The notes: generated by a model not told the origin, from the sequence alone. Counted from the first letter of the stretch, positions 1-12,391 are shown. The stretch: DNA of 64,000 nucleotides from Octopus sinensis (GCF_006345805.1 NC_042997.1:85436001-85500000), one strand, 5' to 3'. A program made the numbers and translations.

Positions 1-138
1 ACATAACCACCCACAAAAAAAAATTAGGGGCATACAGAACTGATAAAATACAACATACAGGAATGAGCGGGGGCGGAATTAATGAAGAATACAGCAGAAG
101 TCAATATAATATCTAAAACTGAACTCGGCTGTGTGGAG

Positions 139-319
139 GTACAGGCGTGGCTGTGTGGTAAGAAGTTTACTTTCCAACCACATGGTTCCAGGCTCATTTC
201 CACTGCGTGGCACCTTGGACAAATGTCTTCTACTATAGCCATGGGCCGATCAAAACCTTGAGAGTGAATTTGGCAGACGGAAACCGAAAAATGCCTATCG
301 TATATAAATGTGTGTGTAT

Positions 320-355
<36 letters not shown>

Positions 356-545
356 ACTACCGCTTGACACCTGGTGTTGGTGTGTCTCTGTCCCTATAAC
401 TTAGCGATTCGGCATAAGAGACTGTTAGAATAAGTATCAGGCTTAAAAAGAAAATAAGAACTAAAATTCGACTAAAATTCCTCAAGGTGGTGCCCCAGCA
501 TGTCCGCAGTCTAATGCCTGAAACAAGATAAAAGTAAAAGAAAGA
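139..545 (+). mobile_element. tRNA-derived SINE, family A (internal TA/TG microsatellite)
   Basis: A-box-like tggctgtgtgg and B-box-like head, body ccttggacaaatgtcttctactatagcc, (TG)n spacer, tail gaaacaagataaaag. More than 10 homologous copies in the window. Confidence 0.85.
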
Positions 546-579
546 ATATCAGAAACAACATAATAAGTATAGATACATC

Positions 580-998
580 AAAGCCACAGTCGAACCAATC
601 CTACTATATGGCTCAGAAACCTGGACGTTATCAAAGAAGCTTGAGAGGCGGTTGGATGGAACTTACACTCGCCTCCTTATGAGAGCTCAAAATATCTCGT
701 GGAGGCGCCATCCAACTAAAATGCAAATATATGGGAAATTACCACCTGTGTCATCTCTTGTGAAAGGTAGGAGAGTCCAGTTTGCTGGACATTGTTGTAG
801 AGCTGAAAAAGAAGTAATTTCTACTCTTCTCCTCTGGAAGCCATCTACTCGCAACACCAGAGGGCGCACACTCTCCTACCCTGATGTAATCTCCAGGGAT
901 ACAGGCATGATGGACCATGATGCTATGATGGACCGTGAAGTCTGGCGCAACATAGTAAATTCCATTGTCTCGACCACGGTCGAACAATGATGATGATG
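580..998 (+). mobile_element. 5'-truncated RTE-clade LINE with (TGA)n tail and target-site duplication
   Basis: Translates KATVEPILLYGSETWTLSKKLERRLDGTYTRLLMRAQNISW...QFAGHC (RTE C-terminus). (tga)n tail at 988-998. Flanking direct repeat atagatacatc at 569-579 and 999-1009. Confidence 0.88.
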
Positions 999-1007
999 AT
1001 AGATACA

Positions 1008-1843
1008 TCTACTACATATGTAGGAAATTCTGTCTTTAAGTGTGCTTGTGGAGTTGTTAGCTAACTCCTCCTACATCGTTTTATCGATTTTGATGAAACT
1101 TTCCACGTGAGTAAAACCTATGTCTGGAAACCTCATGGCATGCCCAGATTGTTGAAAAAAAAATCGATAACAGGGCCCCAGGAAGGGATCCTTATATATA
1201 TCTAATATATTTCATTTTAACAGCCAAGGAAAATAACCCATTCATTTTCCTAAATCATTTGGTATAAATCAAATTGACTATGCTTATTTCTTAGTATTTG
1301 AACTGGTAGAATTATTTTCGCAATTTATCCAGTACAACCCTTAAACAACTAAAAAGTATTTTCCTAAACAATAGATCAACTTATTTCGGTTAGTGAACTC
1401 GAATATACCGACACTAGCGCCACTGAGGGTAATATTCTCTGGGAACGCACAAAGCCCATTTCAGAGATATTTATTTTGAATTGTTATTATCTCATATTTG
1501 ATTAGCCTGTTATTACGTGACATGCTTCACGATTTTAGTATACATACATTATTAGTATTTCCTCTGGCTACTTTTCAGGCTACTTTATTTGAATTCTTAC
1601 GATTGAGTAACTAATTTCATGTTATTACGTAACTGACTTCTCAATTTGGGTATTAATAACTTATTGGGAATTCCTAAAAGCAAGATCCTGTGTAAGACAG
1701 TTCAGTTTTCTCTGTAAATGCACAAAATCCGTTTTAAGGCCTACATACTTTGTATTGTTGTTATTGGACTAGCGAGACAATTAAGAGAACAGAACCAAGG
1801 GATAAGCCCCGTTTTCCCGGGAATTACTGGGTACGTCAGCTAG
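1008..1843 (+). mobile_element. Non-autonomous Helitron
   Basis: 5' A|TC (tctactacatatg), 3' hairpin cccgg-gaatta-ctggg then tacgtcagCTAG|T. Internal ttttatcgattttgatgaaactttcc motif typical of Helitron-type short elements. Confidence 0.7.
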
Positions 1844-1849
1844 TCAAAG

Positions 1850-3060
1850 TATTGATTATTTTCAATAATTTGGAAGTTAAATGAACTGAAGAACTTAGAT
1901 AAGAAAACCAGAAAATGATTTACGACATACAAAATACTCTTCTAAAACTAGGCTATAACTACCGTTTTCACAAGGAGAAATGGAGATGATACAAATAAGA
2001 TCTATTACAAAGTAATAACAATAAGTCTACAATATTCAAAGAAGCAAGTAAAAGAGAACTGGTTAGCGCAATAAGGGGACAGAGAGCTTTTCTTTATATA
2101 AGGAGAAAATAAAGTATAAGCTAGTATATAATTACGCGGAAAGAAAATGCTTAAGGACAAAATAATAGAAAAAAGACTTTTAAAAAATTAACAAGACCAA
2201 AATGAAACGCCAACATACATTAAAGAAAATAATGGGGGTAAAAAAACACTCCATGACCAATATCCTGCAAGACTCGACAGAGAGGAAGTAAGTCAGCGTG
2301 AAAGCTAACCACAAAAGCTCTGAACTAAAAACAGAAACGGGAGATCTGATTTTAACAGCACAGAATCAATGTTGCCCCCACCACACACACACACACACAA
2401 GAAGAATAACTACAAAAATAAAATCATGAAATAAAAGGTTAATAACATCAATTGCAGACTGTACTATCAACACAAAGAAAGAATTGATTAAATCGTTTCT
2501 AGCCACCCGTCCTTTCAAAAGCAATATATATCCACGCTGATGACTGGATAAGCAACTATATCCATTTGACAATATAACGACATCATGACATAGATGAAAA
2601 AAGATTATATAAACATATACAAAAATATTGACCTCGCTAACTATTCTAACAAGGAGATTAAAGCAAGCTTTTCAGATATAATAATCAAATACGGTAAGAT
2701 AGCAAATTATTTATTCTGACTCTTTCTTACAAAAATGCAATGTGAAAAGAAATTCAAAAGTCTATCAAAGAGTAAAAGTTTGTAACAGGAAGTAAGAAGG
2801 ATGTAGCTTACGGAAGTAAAACAGAGCCAGCAATAATCGGAGCATTAGAACAATATCAACAAAAGCACAAAAATATATACCAGACCCAACTGTTGTAAAT
2901 ATCTAGAATAGACTGAATATTGTAACATGCATTCAACCCCCGATTATGCATTTAGTGGAGAAGCACTAAAATAACATCTGACTTTTTATAACAACGGTAG
3001 TGTAATACTTTGTAAAGAAATAATAAACAACGTTCAGAAGGCTTAACAGAACAATAATAA
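1850..3060 (+). pseudogene. Decayed R4/Dong-like (RLE-type) non-LTR retrotransposon, 3' half
   Basis: Broken-frame peptides ELKNLDKKTRK, RL*LPFSQG, WGKKTLHDQY, ELKTETGDLILTAQNQ, NCRLY..KERID*IVSS (CCHC knuckle remnant) and PAIIGAL. Many stops and frameshifts; a (CA)n run interrupts at about 2381-2398. Confidence 0.72.
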
Positions 3061-3584
3061 TTGATTATAAGAGGAAATAATGATAGCATGAAGTTAAGGT
3101 TTGCTTGCCAGCATACAGAGTATAGCATTCAGAGTTACAGTATAACAGTGTCCTCAGTGAACAGAAGAGACGTGCGAGCTACTCGTTATAAGGTCACAAA
3201 TCCTGAAAAAGGTGTATGCAGCATATCACATATGTAACGCTGACTGTTACTGTATATTGTAAAATGTGAACATGATAAATATTCGAACAGTCCATAAATA
3301 GTCATTCAGTTCTAGAGTGTTTCTCCATTCGATGTTGTCCACGTGATGGAGTTGAGCTCCGGCAGTGACGTGACACTACGTTCTACTCCCTTGGAGGACT
3401 GACTGGAACTGACAAAAAAATTTCCCGCGACTTTGTGATAGCAGCAGTGTGTATCTCTGCGCGAGGTATAGTGGTTGGCTACACCAACCAAATCACGCCA
3501 AGATTGATAAATGTTCCGCCAAAGTGAAATAGTGCTCCTACAAGCTTCTTTGGGGAGATGAAGAGACAATGATAAGAGCATAAG

Positions 3585-3760
3585 GTTAAAACGTTTGCTT
3601 CCCAAATACATGGTTCCAGGTTTGATCTATAAGAGACACTTACCCAGGAAGCACTTTGGTCAAATGTCTTCTATTATATTTTCATCTTACCTCATTCATA
3701 TGAGTCCCGAGCCTAGTAAGTGAAATTAGATTGATGGGTGCCACGAAAAGTTCAGTGGGT
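3585..3760 (+). mobile_element. SINE family A fragment
   Basis: gtttgcttcccaaatacatggttccagg...ggtcaaatgtcttctatt matches the family A head. Confidence 0.6.
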
Positions 3761-3916
3761 AGTCTGTACGAGTTGTATACTTAATTTTTCACCACCATCT
3801 AACTCTTGAGTAACTTTAGTGGTGTCCAGTCTAGTACACTTTTCTCCCCACCCTCACCTTTTTGCCAACACGAACTTGGTCCTTTTAGTCCTTTTAGTCT
3901 TGTCTATCATGTGATT

Positions 3917-4170
3917 GTGGAGGCGCGTGGCTTAGCTGTTAGGGTGTTGCCCTCATGATCGTAAGATTGTGGTTTCGATAGCTGGACCGGGCGATGTGTT
4001 GTGTTCTTGAGCAAAACACTTCATTTCGCGTTGCTCCAGTCCAATCAGTTGGCAAAAATGAGTAAGCCTACAACGGACCGGCATCCCGTCCAGGTGGGAA
4101 TATACATGCCATGGAAACCGGAAAACCGACCCCTATGAGTCTGTATGACTCGAGAAGGGACTTTACTTAC
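3917..4170 (+). mobile_element. tRNA-derived SINE, family C (CORE/V-like central block)
   Basis: A-box tggcttagctgtt, B-box-like ggtttcgat, body gtgttcttgagcaaaacacttcatttc. Reverse copies at 36680-36925 and 47800-47998. Confidence 0.8.
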
Positions 4171-5109
4171 TGCCATATGATTTATATCGCTACAACCACC
4201 AAGCAGAAGTAAACTACCATGCGCTCTTCAGATGGTGGGACACCCTCATGATGAACTCAGCTAGTATCAGAATCTATTTTACAAGCAACAAGAGCAGTTA
4301 AATATAATATTTTCAATTCATCAATGCACAGACACTGAATGAGTGCATGCAAAACACTTTGGTCAGTCTACGTACATCTCGGAATGATCTGGCTCAAGGA
4401 TTTAACATGCATGGAGAATTCATCCCGAGTTGGCAAAGTTTCTCGACAGAGAGGTCAAATCCAGAATATCTGAAGATTTTCCATAGTCCCTAGGTTGAAT
4501 GTCTTCTAGGATAAGCAGTTTGCATCCATAATTTCTTTGTGTACATCTTCGCTTTTGCCTACCACTAATACTCGTAATAATAATGCTAGTTACCAACGGC
4601 CACATTGTACAACTTGTGAAGAATTGAAAATGGTTGACAATATCCTGATGTTAAGCAGTCAGTCTTAGTCCTAGCTTGATCAGGACTGCAGCCCCTTCAA
4701 AGAGGTGAACTATGAGAAATTGTTCCTGATAGAGAGTCACCATCCAGGAATTTCTTCAGATACCATAGCTTCAGCCCATACCTACCCATTATTAACTATA
4801 GCATACCGAAACACCCATGTAGTGTGTAGGTAGCAGATTTACCAGCACAAGAAGTGAAATAACAGATGCTGCCGACTGGGCAGATAAAAACTGGGTCAAG
4901 TCACGATACTCGGACAATATTAAATATCGGATGCGATGTATTCATTCGCCACCTCACTTCCATTCAATGACTCGGAGATAGGTCCCTCTCAGTACATTTC
5001 TGAGGGTGAGTGGACTATCTGCAAATAACCTCATCTCATTTGCTATCCACCTGGAGGTTTATCCTGAAACAAACCCCAATCACTTTAACTTGATCCTTGT
5101 TAGATTGAA

Positions 5110-5370
5110 GATGTTATTGTATGAGAAGAATCAGATGAGGTGTCGATGAGAAAAGACTGAATTGGTACCAACAAAATACGTGAAGAGGATGAGAACTGTA
5201 TGTAGAAATGTTGCATACTGAAAGTGAATCGACCTCATGAAGGGAGGAAACTGAGAAAGACTTGAGACAAAGTAGGGAAGAGCGATATCAAGACGTTGCA
5301 TCTCATGAGAGAAATGAAAAATGCTAATATTGATTGGCATACGCAATGCTGGAGAAAATTCTATCATGGA
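5110..5370 (+). mobile_element. RTE LINE 3' coding fragment (decayed)
   Basis: Residual ...EDENCM*KCCILKVNRPHEGRKLRKT*DKVGKSDIKTLHL, homologous to the C-terminus of the RTE at about 59.9-60.1 kb. Confidence 0.6.
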
Positions 5371-5825
5371 GAAGACCTGACCAACCAGGCAAGTATTGCA
5401 TATCAAACATTAAAAATTGTGGTAATAATAGAGACATAAGTGCTTCCTAAAAAGATACTGAAATTCTATTTATCGTCGACAGTGAAATTCGGCTGTTATG
5501 CTGTTACCGGATGTCTGACACTGAAGAGACTGGGCAGATCGAAATCACATGATCTGGAAGTTCAGGTGCCAGTAGCAGACGATTCTCGTTTGCCAACGAT
5601 ACAAATGTGAATGATTTTATACATTATGCGCCCATATGAAAGGTTCTCTCAAGGTAAATAACGGAGTAGACCGTGTTCTAACAAAAACATCCACGTGAAG
5701 TTGAATTTAAAAATGTGTGTGCGCGCATGCGTATTTGTGAATGCGTGTGTACATATGCATGTATGTATATATCTCTATATAAATATATATATGTACAGGT
5801 ACACACACACCATTTGTGTGTGTTT

Positions 5826-5906
5826 ATATGTATGTATGTATGTATACATGTATGTATGTATGTATGTATGTATGTATGTATGTATGTATGTATGTATGTA
5901 TGTATG

Positions 5907-5950
<44 letters not shown>

Positions 5951-5985
5951 TGGATGAATGGATGGATGGATGGATAAAATATTGA
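5826..5985. repeat. Compound microsatellite (TATG)n/(TA)n/(GGAT)n
   Basis: Directly visible; source of spurious ORFs 5678-6033. Confidence 0.95.
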
Positions 5986-6066
5986 ATCTACATCTACTAT
6001 CTCCTTGCATCTTAGACCCCTGTCACTTCCCAATCACTCATCTCTCTAATATTCGTGCTACTTGTA

Positions 6067-6301
6067 CAGGGTGATCCAAAAGTAGCTTTACAGTTATCAC
6101 ATAGACACTTTAAATTTCTTTTAAAACAATTTACTACATTTAAATTTCTATCTTACAAACTGAAAACAGAGCTTGAGAAAATTAACTAAATTAGCAGAGA
6201 ATAAGGTTTTCATATTTTTTTATAATTAAAATCTAAACTGTTAATATATGAATGCGAAAGAGATAGTTGAATAACTTTAAACCTACTTTTGGGCCACCCT
6301 G
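6067..6301. mobile_element. Tc1/mariner-type MITE
   Basis: TIRs cagggtgatccaaaagtag and ctacttttgggccaccctg (2 mismatches in 19), TA on both sides (6065-6066, 6302-6303), AT-rich non-coding interior. Confidence 0.85.
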
Positions 6302-6619
6302 TATAATGATATAACAATAGAAGATATAGGACCTACTCAGGTTGAGTGCTTCTAAGACCATTCTCATCAGTCAACCCTGCTTGCCCATCACAAAGCCGAT
6401 GTTTTGAAAGAATCTGCTTGCAGCCAACACACTCTACTTTCACTCTTCATGAACTATCAGCTGGAAGTTTTTCTTACTCTCTCCCTAAACACCCTCACCT
6501 TTGTTACATTGCTGTGAGTGAATGTACATGTCTTAGAGCAGTGAGTTTTCTTTGCTCTAACATTTACAAGCAAAGAAAACTAGTACCGAAAGTTACTTTC
6601 AGTGTTGTCTCATTGAGGA

Positions 6620-6995
6620 CATAACAACCACTCTAGTGCTGGTGCCACAATATGATCCATCCACTACTCTCGTTGAAGTGGTCGATGAGTTAGGGGAGAA
6701 TGCTCAGTCAACAGAACCATCTAGTCTTATCTTACTGAGGACAAGACAACGTCTCTAGTGCAAGATAGCATGACAAAATGCACCCACCTCGGTCTGTAGG
6801 ATAGTTGGTTACGAGAAAGGCATCCAGTCATAGAAATCAAGGCCTAAATAAAGTGTATGAACAAGTCATGGTCTTCTGACTAAGCTGCTGTGTCAACGAT
6901 TCCATGACAACCTACTCAATCCATGCTGATAATTATGATGATGATGATGACGACGACGACGACGACGACGATGATGATGATGATAATGATGATGA
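6620..6995 (+). mobile_element. RTE 3'-tail fragment with (GAT/GAC)n tail
   Basis: gtgctggtgccac, gaaaggcatccagtcatagaaa and caatccatgc motifs shared with other RTE tails; ends in trinucleotide run. Confidence 0.55.
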
Positions 6996-7372
6996 CATAA
7001 ACTTACAGACACACATAATTATGTATGTGCATGTATTAATTCATTTTTGGATAGTTTGAAATGTAATATAAAATGCACAGTATCAATTAATAAACACAGA
7101 ATCTTAATTTTGCTGTGAAAAGTAAACAGACTGATCACCAGAGATTTTTATCTCTCTGTGGACAGAAAAAAAAATGTGATCAATCTGACTCGTTTTTGAA
7201 CTTCTTAGAACTTCATCAGTCATAGAATACACTTTATTTTTGTACACAGAGAGATGAATAGCTTTATAGCTTTGCATAAGCTTATGCTTACAACAGCAAT
7301 AAATAAATTTATTCATAAATCACATTCACTATAAATATAAAGCTCTCAGGTCTCCGTTGACAGAAGGCTGTT

Positions 7373-7421
7373 ATTTTTTTCTGATGAAGCTCTAAAAAGA
7401 ATAGAAACTAGTCAGAGAAAT
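7373..7421 (+). ncRNA. Minimal type I hammerhead ribozyme motif (PLE-LTR type), helix II decayed
   Basis: CTGATGA 7381-7387, GAAA 7404-7407, palindromic helix III ACTAGT, GTC cleavage triplet, helix I attttttt/agagaaat (8 pairs including 2 G-U). Confidence 0.55.
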
Positions 7422-7861
7422 TACATTTTTTTTGTGTATCTCTTATTATAAAAGGCAGATTTTATCTGCCTCCCTTTGGGAGTTATACAAATCTACAATA
7501 TAGGATTTCTTCAATTACAATTTACCTAGCAATTTTAAGAGTACAATGCATCGCGTCATGCCAGGTCCAGTTTTTAAAATTTAAACTCCAATTAAGCATA
7601 ATTTACAGAAAACTCACATTCTGGTGTGTGTGTCAAATGCTTTTCTTAGTCTGGTTTACACCACACGCAAACGCACACACACAGTGGGCAACGAATAAAA
7701 TGAAAGTAAATAGCGACAGAGTGATTTGAGGAAGACTAAAGTGAAAGTATTCTGTCTATGACGCTGATAGATACATGAGTAAAATGTATGGGAAGCTAAG
7801 AGCTAAGAGTGAGTGAAAATGTTCTTGGAAGAGAGTAATTAGTAATAAAGTAAACATACAC

Positions 7862-8050
7862 TCATACATACATACATACATACATACATACATACATACA
7901 TACATACATACATACATACATACATACACACACATACACACACACATACATACACACACACATACATACATACACACATACATACATACATACATACATA
8001 TACATACATACATATACATACATACATACACACACACACATACACACACA
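7862..8050. repeat. (CATA)n/(CA)n microsatellite
   Basis: Directly visible. Confidence 0.95.
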
Positions 8051-8224
8051 CAGTATTGAAGCTTGAGAACAATCAGATACATTTGCAACACATCTGTTGA
8101 AAATATTATTGTTCACACACATACATATACATATATACATACAGACAGACAGACAGATAGACACACACACACACACATATGATCCAGCATGGCCACAACC
8201 TCAAAGCTGAAACATATAAAAGAA

Positions 8225-8600
8225 TAACAGAATATAAATGTGTGCAAAGTACAAGAAATATTAATGCAGTATATGGGGATTGGACAATAAGCGTAAGGCA
8301 GTGTCAATGGTGGTTCCAGAAATCCCGAGCCATAAACTACAGCCTAGAAGACGAGCCTCATCCTGAAAGATCTGTAGAACTCGACAAGGACATCCTGAAA
8401 ACCCTGGTGGAACAAAATATCATCGTAACTGTTGAGGAACTAGCAGAGAAGCTTGGATTTGGTCATTCAACCATTCATTGACACCTGTGTGCTATCGGAA
8501 AAGTCAGCAAATTGGGTCAATGGGTTTCTCACAAACTTTCCGAGTCTAATTGCATGCAGAGAGTGAATGTATGCTTTTCTTTGCTGTCATATCTCACCAC
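8225..8600 (+). pseudogene. mariner transposase N-terminal (HTH) fragment
   Basis: STRNINAVYGDWTISVRQCQWWFQKSR..LEDEPHPERSVELDKDILKTLVEQN...EELAEKLGFGHSTIH*HL..IGKVSKLGQWVSHKL; truncated shortly before the Helitron insertion. Confidence 0.88.
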
Positions 8601-8616
8601 TACTGCGCTATGTATA

Positions 8617-9626
8617 TCTATATACTAGCAGTATCACCCGGCGTTGCTCAGGTTTGTAAGGGAAATAACTATAAAGCATTTTTAGAGAGTTATAGCCCAA
8701 AAAATGTAAAAAATGATGGTAAATTTTTTTTTTAGTTAAAAAAGGTGGAGTTGCGTCCCCTAGACAGTTTGTGGTTCGTGTTTCTGATTGTCGACCCCAT
8801 GTCGAATTTATCGATTTTTTTCAGAACTGGGGGAACTTTTCAAAATTTTCGCTGCGTTAGTTTTGAATTATGACATTGGGCTATGTGTGTGTCAAGTTTC
8901 ATCAGAATCGGTTGAAAGCTGTGGTCAGGGTGAGGGTACAAGCAAACAGACACACAGAAACACGCACAGACAAACTGCCGTTTATATAGAGAGAGATATA
9001 AAACTGTAGTTGTGTGAGTGTCTGTCCCCTTCGATTTAGATTCCTAACTACTCCCACATTTTGCGGTACAGTTTAACCAAATTCGGGTAGCTTATAGTCG
9101 TGATTCATATCGAGCCCGTCTGAATATTAGCGCGCGTCTACGATGAGTCTACGATTTTAAAAATAATTTAACATAATTTTTTATTCCATTTTAATGCATA
9201 ATTTTTCGTGTGTCGATGGCGGCGGAGTTGGCGTCCACGCTCACACCTGCACCTGTGGGGAAGGAAGTGTAAGGAAATCAACGTCGTAATGCGTTGTCAA
9301 GGAGACCAGTGTTCTTTTAGAACAACGACTTCATGGCTTGAAGACACCAAAACAGAAATGGCTAAGAAAGCGTCTACATGAGTCTACGATTTAAAAAAAA
9401 AATTGACCATCGTTTTTTTTCCATTTTAATGCATTTTTTCGCTATTATATAAGGGAAGTAACTCTCTAAAAATGTCTACGATGAGTCAACGATTTAAAAA
9501 AAAATTTACCATCATATTTTTTCCATTTTTAATGCATTTTTTGCTATTTTTTGGCTATAACTCTCTAAAAATGCTTATATAGTTATTTCCCTTACAAACC
9601 CGAGCAACGCCGGGCGATACTGCTAG
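8617..9626 (+). mobile_element. Non-autonomous Helitron (host element, interrupted at 8625-8996)
   Basis: Removing the nested copy restores A|TCTATATATATAAAACTGTAG. 3' end is cccgagcaacgccggg hairpin + atactgCTAG|T at 9623-9627. Confidence 0.8.
8625..8996 (-). mobile_element. Non-autonomous Helitron nested in opposite orientation
   Basis: Minus strand A|TCTCTCTCTATATAAACGG...cctgagcaacgccgggtgatactgCTAG|T; no TSD; A|T target. Confidence 0.8.
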
Positions 9627-9715
9627 TGTGGTATAAAAGAACTTCAATTACTTTCCAGAGAGAAGCTAAAATTGCAAGGTTTACCTTATATTGAATTACA
9701 TTTCAATGCAAACAT

Positions 9716-9951
9716 GTATGTATGTATGTATGTATGTATGTATGTATGAAAGTCTGTATGTATATATATGTATATATTTATGTATATATATATGTATATA
9801 TATATATATAGATATTTATATATATATATATATATATGTATATGTGTGTGTATATATATGTGTATATATATATGTGTGTGTGTGTATGTATGTATATGTA
9901 AATATGTATATGTATAAATATATATGTATATATAATATATATATGTATACG

Positions 9952-9988
<37 letters not shown>

Positions 9989-10170
9989 ATATATGTCTGT
10001 ATATATATGTATGTATATGTATGCTTATATATATATCTATATATATATGTGTGTATGTGCATATATATGTATATAAATGTATATGTGTATGTTTATATAT
10101 ATATGTATGTGTGTGTACATATATATATATATATGCATATTTACATATTTATACATATATTTATACAAAC
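9716..10170. repeat. (TATG)n/(TA)n degenerate microsatellite field
   Basis: Directly visible. Confidence 0.95.
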
Positions 10171-10473
10171 ACAGACACATGAACAACTTATATTTTTATG
10201 TGGTTTGTGTGCATGCACACACCAATATGCACAGTTGCAACTTATACACAAACATCTAAATGTGAAAAATCTGTAACCTAAAGCATAATTCTTTAAAATT
10301 AAAGAAAATTTATTTAAAAATTCTCAAAATTTGTGTTAGTTATGTGTGTGCATTTTGTTGTGTGTGTGTGTGTGTGCATGCATGCAAATATATTAGTGAG
10401 TATGCATATGAATATTTGGGTTCCTTTTCCTCCATAACACACAAGATAACAGTAACATCAATATTAATGATAT

Positions 10474-10520
<47 letters not shown>

Positions 10521-10898
10521 AGGATGATGATGATGATGATGAATTAATTTTTAAAAATGCAAGAAATTGAGGGAGGCTGATGCTGTAGGAAATATTAAAA
10601 CATCAATATAATATTCTCAGGATCTTGAATAATAGAGATTGATTTTATTTTAATTGCATAATATGGAAATATTTCCAAATTTCCTTTAATCTTTAGTAGT
10701 GCCATCATTTTTTACGAGATTTCAGGAAACATAACTATTTTTTTCAGCCCTTTTCATGATAGAAGCAGCTGCCTTCATGCTAAAACCTATTTCTAAAGAA
10801 TATCTCCCTAGAGAACAAGTTTAGAATGATAATATTATTTGAGAGAAGAACTAAATGTAGCAATAAAATTGATGTTCAATTTTTAATTTTTTGTTATA

Positions 10899-10936
<38 letters not shown>

Positions 10937-10950
10937 CATTATTATTATTA

Positions 10951-11020
<70 letters not shown>

Positions 11021-11273
11021 CACAACAGATTAGAATGTTGGAAAAGAAAAATTCCTAACATTCAGCAACAACAAGTATCCTTAGATACCAAGAACTCCCG
11101 TAAGTATCCTAGCTGTCCCTAAAAACACTGTTTTCTGGAACTGTACTAAACTAGGTTTTATGCCTATTTCCTCAATCCATCAGTTTAAATCTTTAGAGAT
11201 AGTTCCTGATGCACCTATAACTACTGGGATACATTTTACCCACACTCCATAGTCTCTGTAATTCGATGGTTAG

Positions 11274-11313
<40 letters not shown>

Positions 11314-11317
11314 CATC

Positions 11318-11360
<43 letters not shown>

Positions 11361-11394
11361 TCATCATTATTTTTTTTTTAAAGTCATTATAATC

Positions 11395-11660
11395 GTTAGA
11401 GCAGACAAAATGCTTATGGTCTGAGTTTGAATTCTGCTGAGGTTGACTTTACCTTTCATCTTTTTATGATGAGTAAAATGCTTTGTGGCATTTCATCTGT
11501 CTTTAGGTTCTGGGTTCAAATTCCAATGAGGTTGACTTTGCCTTTCATCCTTTCAGGGTCAAGAAAATAAGTACCAGCTGAGTATTGAGGTTGATGTAAT
11601 TGTCTACCCCACTACCCAAGAATTTCAGGCCTTGTGACTATAGTAGCATGGATTATAATT
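11395..11660 (+). mobile_element. tRNA-derived SINE, family B (duplicated head)
   Basis: B-box gggttcaaattcc, central gactttgcctttcatcctttcagggtc...taagtaccag, tail tttcaggccttgtg.ctatagtag. About 20 copies in the window. Confidence 0.8.
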
Positions 11661-11669
11661 ATATATAGT

Positions 11670-12340
11670 GGGAAGACTTGTCAAGCCAATTGAAATCATA
11701 ACCATGGTTGTTGCCAGTGTCATGCAAATGACACCTATGCTAGTAGCACGTAAATAGCTCCCATTACACTCTTTAAGTGGTTGGCATTAGGAAGGGCTTA
11801 CCAGTTCCAGTCAAACCATCTAACCCATGCCGGCATGGAAATTGGATGTTAAATAATGATAATGACATTGTGTATGGATAAAGACAGCTGTGTAATTAAG
11901 TGCTGATCTCTAATTGAGGAGGGAACCTGTGGGAGAGGTAAACCTAGGAAGACATGGGACGAAGTGGTGAAGCATGATCTTTGAATGTTGGACCTTACAG
12001 AGGTGCTGACAAGTGATTGAGACCGTTGGCAATATGCTGTGTTTGAGAAGACTTGTAAAGCCATGTGAAATCTTAGTCATGGCCAATGCTGGTGTCATGT
12101 AAGAGGCAACCATGACAGTGACATGCAAAAGCACCCGTGCCAGTGACACATGAAAGCATCCATGCCAGTGGCATGTAAAAAGCACCCATTCAAGTGATGG
12201 CATTAGGGAGGGCATCCAGCCACAGAAATCTTGCAAGATCAGACTGGAACCAGGACAGCTCTCCAGCTTACAGTTCCAGTCCAACCTTCTAACCCATGTC
12301 AGCATGGAAAGCAGAACTAAATGATGATGATGATGATGAT
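11670..12340 (+). mobile_element. Two consecutive RTE 3' fragments
   Basis: GTCGRGKPRKTWDEVVKHDL-like coding remnant, taggaagggc and aacccatgtcagcatggaaagc motifs, (ATG)n tails. Confidence 0.75.
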
Positions 12341-12391
12341 GAGGATAATATTTCCATTATTATATACACATGATATACATGCATATATATA

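Noticed and set aside
8625-9626. Single TIR transposon/MITE with ~100-bp TIRs
   Set aside because: The ends are Helitron hairpin+CTAG 3' termini, there is no TSD, and the internal junction restores a Helitron 5' end.
10747-10825. Plus-strand exon candidate LFMIEAAAFMLKPISKEYLPREQV* (similar ones at 25978, 27552, 49393, 52309)
   Set aside because: Each has one plausible splice site or a short open frame, but no recognisable homology or consistent chain; expected by chance in AT-rich DNA.
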